A DNA stretch of 20,703 nt from Promethearchaeota archaeon (GTDB lineage Archaea > Asgardarchaeota > Lokiarchaeia > Sigyniarchaeales > SOKP01), in assembly GCA_016926735.1 (NCBI GenBank), contig JAFGOA010000092.1, forward strand, positions 1 to 20,703. Reading direction: 5' to 3'. Made by a program: the position numbers and the translations under genes. Under the pieces are notes generated by a model that ran no database searches, had not been told where the DNA came from, and saw nothing but the letters and a program-made list of their open reading frames with translations. Positions 17,001-20,703 of the stretch are shown here, piece after piece (position 1 is the first letter of the stretch; every line of letters starts with the position of its first letter).

Positions 17001-17309
17001 TAAATGCATTATTACATCAACAGGTATACCATCATTATCAATTAATTGAACTTTGATAATTTTTATGTATTTATTTTGATTAATTTTAAATTTATCAAAA
17101 TCATCATAGAAATCTTTACTACAAAAATAATTTTTTATTGGTTTGCCAATAATTTCATTTTCAGAATAATTCAGATATTTTTGTACCTCTGGGCTACAAA
17201 ATCGAATAATTCCTTTTTGATCAACATACCATACCCAATCTCCTACTGAAGAAATGAAATTAAAGAAATATTCCTCATTATCAGATGGCTCATTTATAAT
17301 AGATTCCAC
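14100..17309 (-). CDS. Cytoplasmic multi-PAS sensor histidine kinase
   Basis: About six PAS/PAC domains ending in DIT/DIS-type linkers. H-box AAHELKTPL, N-box QVFSNLISNALKF, G1 DNGIG, G2 GSGLGL, GSTF. No TM segments. GTG start with GGTGA upstream. Confidence 0.95.
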   Translation of the reverse strand: MESIINEPSDNEEYFFNFISSVGDWVWYVDQKGIIRFCSPEVQKYLNYSENEIIGKPIKNYFCSKDFYDDFDKFKINQNKYIKIIKVQLIDNDGIPVDVIMHLIPYFNKNGKNKGIYCINRINKEIQEQNYTQNEDNIQDIVFKHTNNLILVINPNEDYSIKYINKNQFFHQLGFTSIDLLDKNIIDFVHNEDKLNISQYLSNIKISDDFSKEIRIKSKKKGYKWFKIINLEKIYYKGAEVISILLKNISKNKLLQQEIAENQERLDWLYHEVPEIRYWKLLVPKKAITAVQKSQEMLEKVIDNIPQYIFWKDKDLKYLGCNYNFVNLIELDSCDKLSGMTNKKISFFKKNLYNVENLERIVLESNIPQLNSIETEIFENGKKVIFNINRIPISDDKNNVVGILSTYEDITQRKISEEQLKASEEKYRSILENIKESYFETDLKGNLTFFNDPFSEATGYSKEELKKMNFSDFCDLKNNTKLQKAFKKVYKKEKGLRDLQYKGHFKNNKEDVVESSVYLRKNTEGEKIGYAGLLRIITEKYNLQERLKESENKYRLISENANDFINIINEKFEYEYINEEPHLKGLGYTKEEMIGRKCTEFLHPDDINRSIKAISKGFLNKEAGSGEIRFKHKDNHWVWLDVKGTPFLDRDNKIKGILLARDISERKKTEEQLKYSEEKLLRLNKLLEKKILERTHELRVSEEKFRTITEQSLLGVAILQDYKVLYANKALSQMIGYAEEELKLWEVKDLIKCFNPPDIKTIPIMIKEIENLEIGKTLEYTLRILTKDKKDKYLVIFLRRIPYEGSSAILFSAVDITVKKQTELQLIESERKLKEQNRELMKLDKLKTDFITMAAHELKTPLYCISGYIDLIMLRELDLKSEIKEELKIILNNSRRLESYVNQLLDALKIDAKKMDFEIQKVSISKILNKCILDLNYHIKKKNIEIKLEIDNTIELNVDSLRITQVFSNLISNALKFTPSNCTIQITDEKIDNKIIYKIKDNGIGLTEKEIKKLFGKFIMLDSNIEYFSKGSGLGLYISKGIIEGHGGKIWVESVGKNKGSTFLFSLPL

Positions 17310-17509
17310 AGAATCACCATGTAATATGGAGAGACGCTTATTTTTTCATTATGGATATGTTAATTTTTTCTTGTTTTTCCCCATAAATGATATTATTTAA
17401 TAATAATATTCAGATCTATTAAAATCAATTGTGTAATTTAAATGATTTCTATTTATTATTGTTATGAATATTATTAAAATATGATTTTTTTAAATCAATT
17501 TTAAAGAAA

Positions 17510-19042
17510 TTAAAAAAATTTAATTTCGCTTGGCATCTTATCAAGATAATTCCTAAATTTTTCTGGCCAATCTTCTATATTAAATCCATGTTGGGCTAAA
17601 AAGACAGCAACCCATCGTTCTAATCCAATTCCTGTACAACCACTCCAAATAATTTTCTTTTTTTGATTTTTTAAGTTAAATGCTTTGATATATTTATCAC
17701 CAACAATAGAAAAATTCTGAAATTCTAACCATTCACTTTCTTCTCTGCTTCCCCTATAAGGCAACCATGCTTCATAATCAATAGTTCCTAATTGTCCTTC
17801 TATTGTCTCTTCTTTAAAAAGATCACCTGCTTGTTGCATATAGAAAGGAGTTACACTAGCCATTCTCCATTCAATTTCAAGAATATCATTAAAAATTTTC
17901 TTATATTTATCCATAAATTTCTTTTGAATATCGATTAAATTATTTGGTTCTCCAATAAAAACAACTTCTATACGATGAAATTCATCTACCCGTTCTATTC
18001 CATGTCTACCACCCGATTCATAACGAAACGAATTTGTTGTTTTTTCGAAGAGTAATATTGGAAATGATTCATCTGAAATTGTTTTACCTTTAAACGCCCA
18101 ATATATTGAAGGACATTGAGCATATACAAGTCCTTTTAATGGTTCTAATTGTATCATATTTTTAAGTTCATCATAAGGAATTTCTTGGGTAATTTTAATT
18201 AAATCAATAAAATATTCCCATTCTTTTGTGTTTCGAGTTCTTGGTTCTGCTACATAATAAATTTCCATAGGCATACCTTCAAGATGACCTGTTTTTATCC
18301 ACACATCTTCTCCTGATACAATGTTTGAATTCTTAATTTCGTTAAATCCCAATGGTTTTAATAATTCCTCTAAAACAATTTTTTCCAAAGTATTAAAAAT
18401 ATTTGTTGCTGGGGGCCAATAAATCCATTTTCCTTTGGTCGATGCTGGAGCTATCCAATTCTTCTTTACCATCTCGATAGTTGGATCATCTTTTATTTTT
18501 ATTTCCTTTCTTGGACTTTCATAAAGAATTTTGTGATATTCTGCCTTTCCTTCATAATATGATCTATCAATTTTTTCTTTAATTCTCTTAATAATCCTTT
18601 CTACGTTTCCTTTTGTGATAAAATTTTTATCTACTTTATTAATCTCAATTGAACATGTCTTGTTATTATTATTAATATTGATTTTATCAATGAAAGGAAT
18701 AGAGATTTCTTCTTGAGGTAATTTTTCTAAAGGAAAATTTATATTCAACAGTTCAATTTCAAGTGAACTGATACCTATATGTAATTCTTTGCCTATATGT
18801 TCAGCGAGAGTCTTTCGTATACGATAAAATATTATATGCGCGGATTTATTTTCTGTATTTATTTCTCCTTTGATCGACTTATCATCTGATATTTCATATT
18901 TAGATTTATAGTTTATTTCATCCAAATTCTTAAATCCTTTTAATATTTCATTTTCAGCTTTCTTAAGAAACTCAAAAACCTTCTCTTTATATTGAGAAAT
19001 ATCCTTATTAAATACAATTTTTCCTATTAGTTTATATTTCAT
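17510..19042 (-). CDS. serS: Serine--tRNA ligase, methanogen-type (SerRS2, Zn-dependent)
   Basis: Long alpha/beta N-terminal domain. AQCP (Zn-binding Cys), motif 2 FRYESGGRHGIERVDEFHRIE, WLEFQN, and motif 3 WSGCTGIGLERW. Confidence 0.95.
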   Translation of the reverse strand: MKYKLIGKIVFNKDISQYKEKVFEFLKKAENEILKGFKNLDEINYKSKYEISDDKSIKGEINTENKSAHIIFYRIRKTLAEHIGKELHIGISSLEIELLNINFPLEKLPQEEISIPFIDKININNNNKTCSIEINKVDKNFITKGNVERIIKRIKEKIDRSYYEGKAEYHKILYESPRKEIKIKDDPTIEMVKKNWIAPASTKGKWIYWPPATNIFNTLEKIVLEELLKPLGFNEIKNSNIVSGEDVWIKTGHLEGMPMEIYYVAEPRTRNTKEWEYFIDLIKITQEIPYDELKNMIQLEPLKGLVYAQCPSIYWAFKGKTISDESFPILLFEKTTNSFRYESGGRHGIERVDEFHRIEVVFIGEPNNLIDIQKKFMDKYKKIFNDILEIEWRMASVTPFYMQQAGDLFKEETIEGQLGTIDYEAWLPYRGSREESEWLEFQNFSIVGDKYIKAFNLKNQKKKIIWSGCTGIGLERWVAVFLAQHGFNIEDWPEKFRNYLDKMPSEIKFF

Positions 19043-19409
19043 TCTTCATCCTTTTGTTTTCCTAACTTAAAAGTTATAATATAACCAATATTATATTTTT
19101 TTCTTAAAATTAGATAATTGATATATTATAGTTTTTACTATAGAGTTAAAGTTTGATAAAATGTTAAAATAAAAGTAAAATTTTTACAGAATTTCTTAAA
19201 CTATATGTTTTTTAACATTTTAATATTCGAGAATTGTTTTATATTATAAATAAGAATTTTTTAGGTTCAATATAATATGAAAGATTACATAATTCTTCGT
19301 GAAAGGTGCGTTTGCCGTTGAAAGATATATATTGACATAATATCTTATTATTATAATTAATGGAAGTTCAATATAAAACAATAAAATAGGACAATAGTAA
19401 TAATATCGT

Positions 19410-19430
19410 AAAATAACTGTTTTGCAAAAC
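19410..19430. repeat. Direct repeat copy 1: AAAATAACTGTTTTGCAAAAC (12-bp palindromic core)
   Basis: Identical to 20420-20440. GTTTTGCAAAAC is its own reverse complement. Confidence 0.9.
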
Positions 19431-19849
19431 ACATTTTTATAAACAATAATCTCTATTTTATTAAGAATTAAGACGATCAAGAGAGAAAATATACTTCTCC
19501 AATAAGATAATAAATCTTTCAATAGAAAATTAATTAATATAACAACAATTGAGCATGATTTTTAAGATTCATAGATAGTATTCTTTATTTCAAAATTCTA
19601 TTTTGATAGAGAGAGGAAAGAATATTGAAAAATTTTTCAAAAATAAATATTATGTGTGGATAAAGTTGGTGTAATATTAATATAAATTACTCAAAAAAAC
19701 TAAGATAAATTGAGAGTATATTGGTGAATATCAATTTATAGTTTCCATAAAGTTTCTGGAAGATCTTTCAGTAGATTATCTGTAATAAATGATAATAAGA
19801 CACAAAAAGAAGCAAGATAGAAAACAAATAAAGTAAAAAATTTTGAAAA

Positions 19850-20278
19850 TTATTCCCTTATCTTTTTTCTGATAGGAGGTGCTGAAGATTCTTGATAGTT
19901 AATTACTTTCCATGTATTATTAATTTTTTTAAATAAGAATGTTGCTCCTGCACTATCTAAAATATCTTGTTCACCCGACTTTAAAGTAGCTCTTACTCTA
20001 TAAATCCATGAATATATAACAAGATCACTAGATAATATTTTTAAATCTCTTTTAATTGTTGAAAGTTCAAATTTTGATAAAATACCAAAATAATTTTTAT
20101 TATTATTAAAAAATGTTTGATAATCATAATAGTAACCATCACCCGCAATCATAAAAAAATCTTTAGATTTTGAATATACTTTAAATGCTTTCTCTAAATT
20201 AAGTTCTTCACATCCAATGATTAAATTATCTATCTCATATTCTATTTCTTTTCTTATTTTTTCTTGATCAAATTTCAT
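19850..20278 (-). CDS. NTF2-like / SnoaL-like (DUF4440-type) protein
   Basis: N-terminal helix, FFMIAGDG, ILSSDLVI strand and C-terminal ATFLFKKINNTWKVINYQES signature. Confidence 0.85.
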   Translation of the reverse strand: MKFDQEKIRKEIEYEIDNLIIGCEELNLEKAFKVYSKSKDFFMIAGDGYYYDYQTFFNNNKNYFGILSKFELSTIKRDLKILSSDLVIYSWIYRVRATLKSGEQDILDSAGATFLFKKINNTWKVINYQESSAPPIRKKIRE

Positions 20279-20419
20279 AAGTATGTCCTCAAATTTATAT
20301 TAAGTAATCAAAATTATTAGTTAAATGTTCCCTCTCTATTGATTTTTTAAGATAAGGAATTAATAATAAAAAAACTGTTTTCCATGGAAAAAACGTCAAT
20401 TTTAATGGAAAATGGATAC

Positions 20420-20440
20420 AAAATAACTGTTTTGCAAAAC
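20420..20440. repeat. Direct repeat copy 2: AAAATAACTGTTTTGCAAAAC
   Basis: Identical to 19410-19430, 1010 bp apart. Confidence 0.9.
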
Positions 20441-20618
20441 TCAATTTAATGAATGATATCAACCATATATTTAATCTTTTAGGATATTATTATAAAAAAG
20501 ATAAATATTTAAGAGAATATTGGATTTTTAAGAGGGTATTAAAAAATATTGAAGATATTAGCTTTAATTTTTAAGATTTATAAAAATTATGATTTTTATA
20601 TAGGAAAAAATCATTTTA

Positions 20619-20703
20619 CAGTTACTTAAAATCTGGACATCTGCAGACATCCTCTTTTTGGCCTGTAACTGACGGCCGTGACCCCTCCCTATAGAAGAGG
20701 TCA
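20619..20703 (-). ncRNA. Structured, pseudoknot-capable RNA 3' part (candidate IS607-type TnpB omegaRNA / element right end), truncated by the window end
   Basis: GC-rich island. The minus strand forms UGACCUCUUC-uauag-GGAGGGGUCA, GGCC-gucaguuaca-GGCC and GGAUGUC-ugca-GAUGUCC stems. Two of these need G-U wobbles that exist only on the minus strand. Loop CAGUUAC pairs with terminal GUAACUG. Confidence 0.5.

Noticed and set aside
13407-17249. Plus-strand ORFs 13407-13817, 14659-15102, 16150-16344 and 17046-17249
   Set aside because: Antisense shadows of the topoisomerase and histidine kinase genes.
19295-19324. GC-richer patch ending GTTGAAAG upstream of serS (CRISPR-repeat-like end, or SECIS/leader RNA)
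   Set aside because: Single copy, no convincing stem, and no selenoprotein gene adjacent.
19244-19522. Minus-strand 92-aa ORF
   Set aside because: I/Y/L-rich composition typical of random AT-rich DNA, TTG start, no motif, and it overlaps the palindromic repeat.
19737-19832. Short minus-strand frame (LFVFYLASFCVLLSFITDNLLKDLPETLWKL) after the SnoaL gene
   Set aside because: No start codon or recognisable family. It could be a gene remnant but cannot be supported.
20619-20703. tRNA, rRNA, SRP/RNase P RNA, HDV or hammerhead ribozyme at the right end
   Set aside because: No cloverleaf or TTCGA T-loop, no SRP or RNase P conserved motifs, and no HDV/hammerhead catalytic core sequences are visible.

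Overview
Very AT-rich archaeal DNA, most likely from an Asgard archaeon of the Lokiarchaeia/Promethearchaeia type. This is inferred from a eukaryote-like actin-family gene, an 'IPGY-TM-basic tail' Loki-CTERM-type surface protein and a methanogen-type SerRS. Housekeeping genes: endonuclease IV, a PhoU/TrkA-C protein plus split MgtE/SLC41-like transporter operon, a HEAT-repeat protein, topoisomerase IA, a multi-PAS histidine kinase, SerRS and an NTF2/SnoaL protein. The main point of interest is a co-oriented cluster at 7345-10610. It encodes a coiled-coil + polyproline (GGGPPxAPP repeats) + C-terminal WH2-like (helix-LKKI) protein with WASP/Ena-VASP-like architecture, then a PIG-L deacetylase, then an actin-related protein whose hydrolysis residues appear substituted, then a wHTH protein. 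Together these are a candidate archaeal actin nucleator/elongator-Arp module. The cluster is flanked by an unannotated 88-aa gene with a non-canonical ATA start and by a tandem pair of claudin-like 4-TM paralogs. Both window ends are GC-richer structured sequences: an IS200/IS605 right end/TnpB omegaRNA on the left, and a pseudoknotted minus-strand RNA, possibly an IS607-type right end, on the right. A 21-bp palindromic direct repeat brackets the SnoaL gene. All family calls are by-eye motif recognition; no database searches were run.
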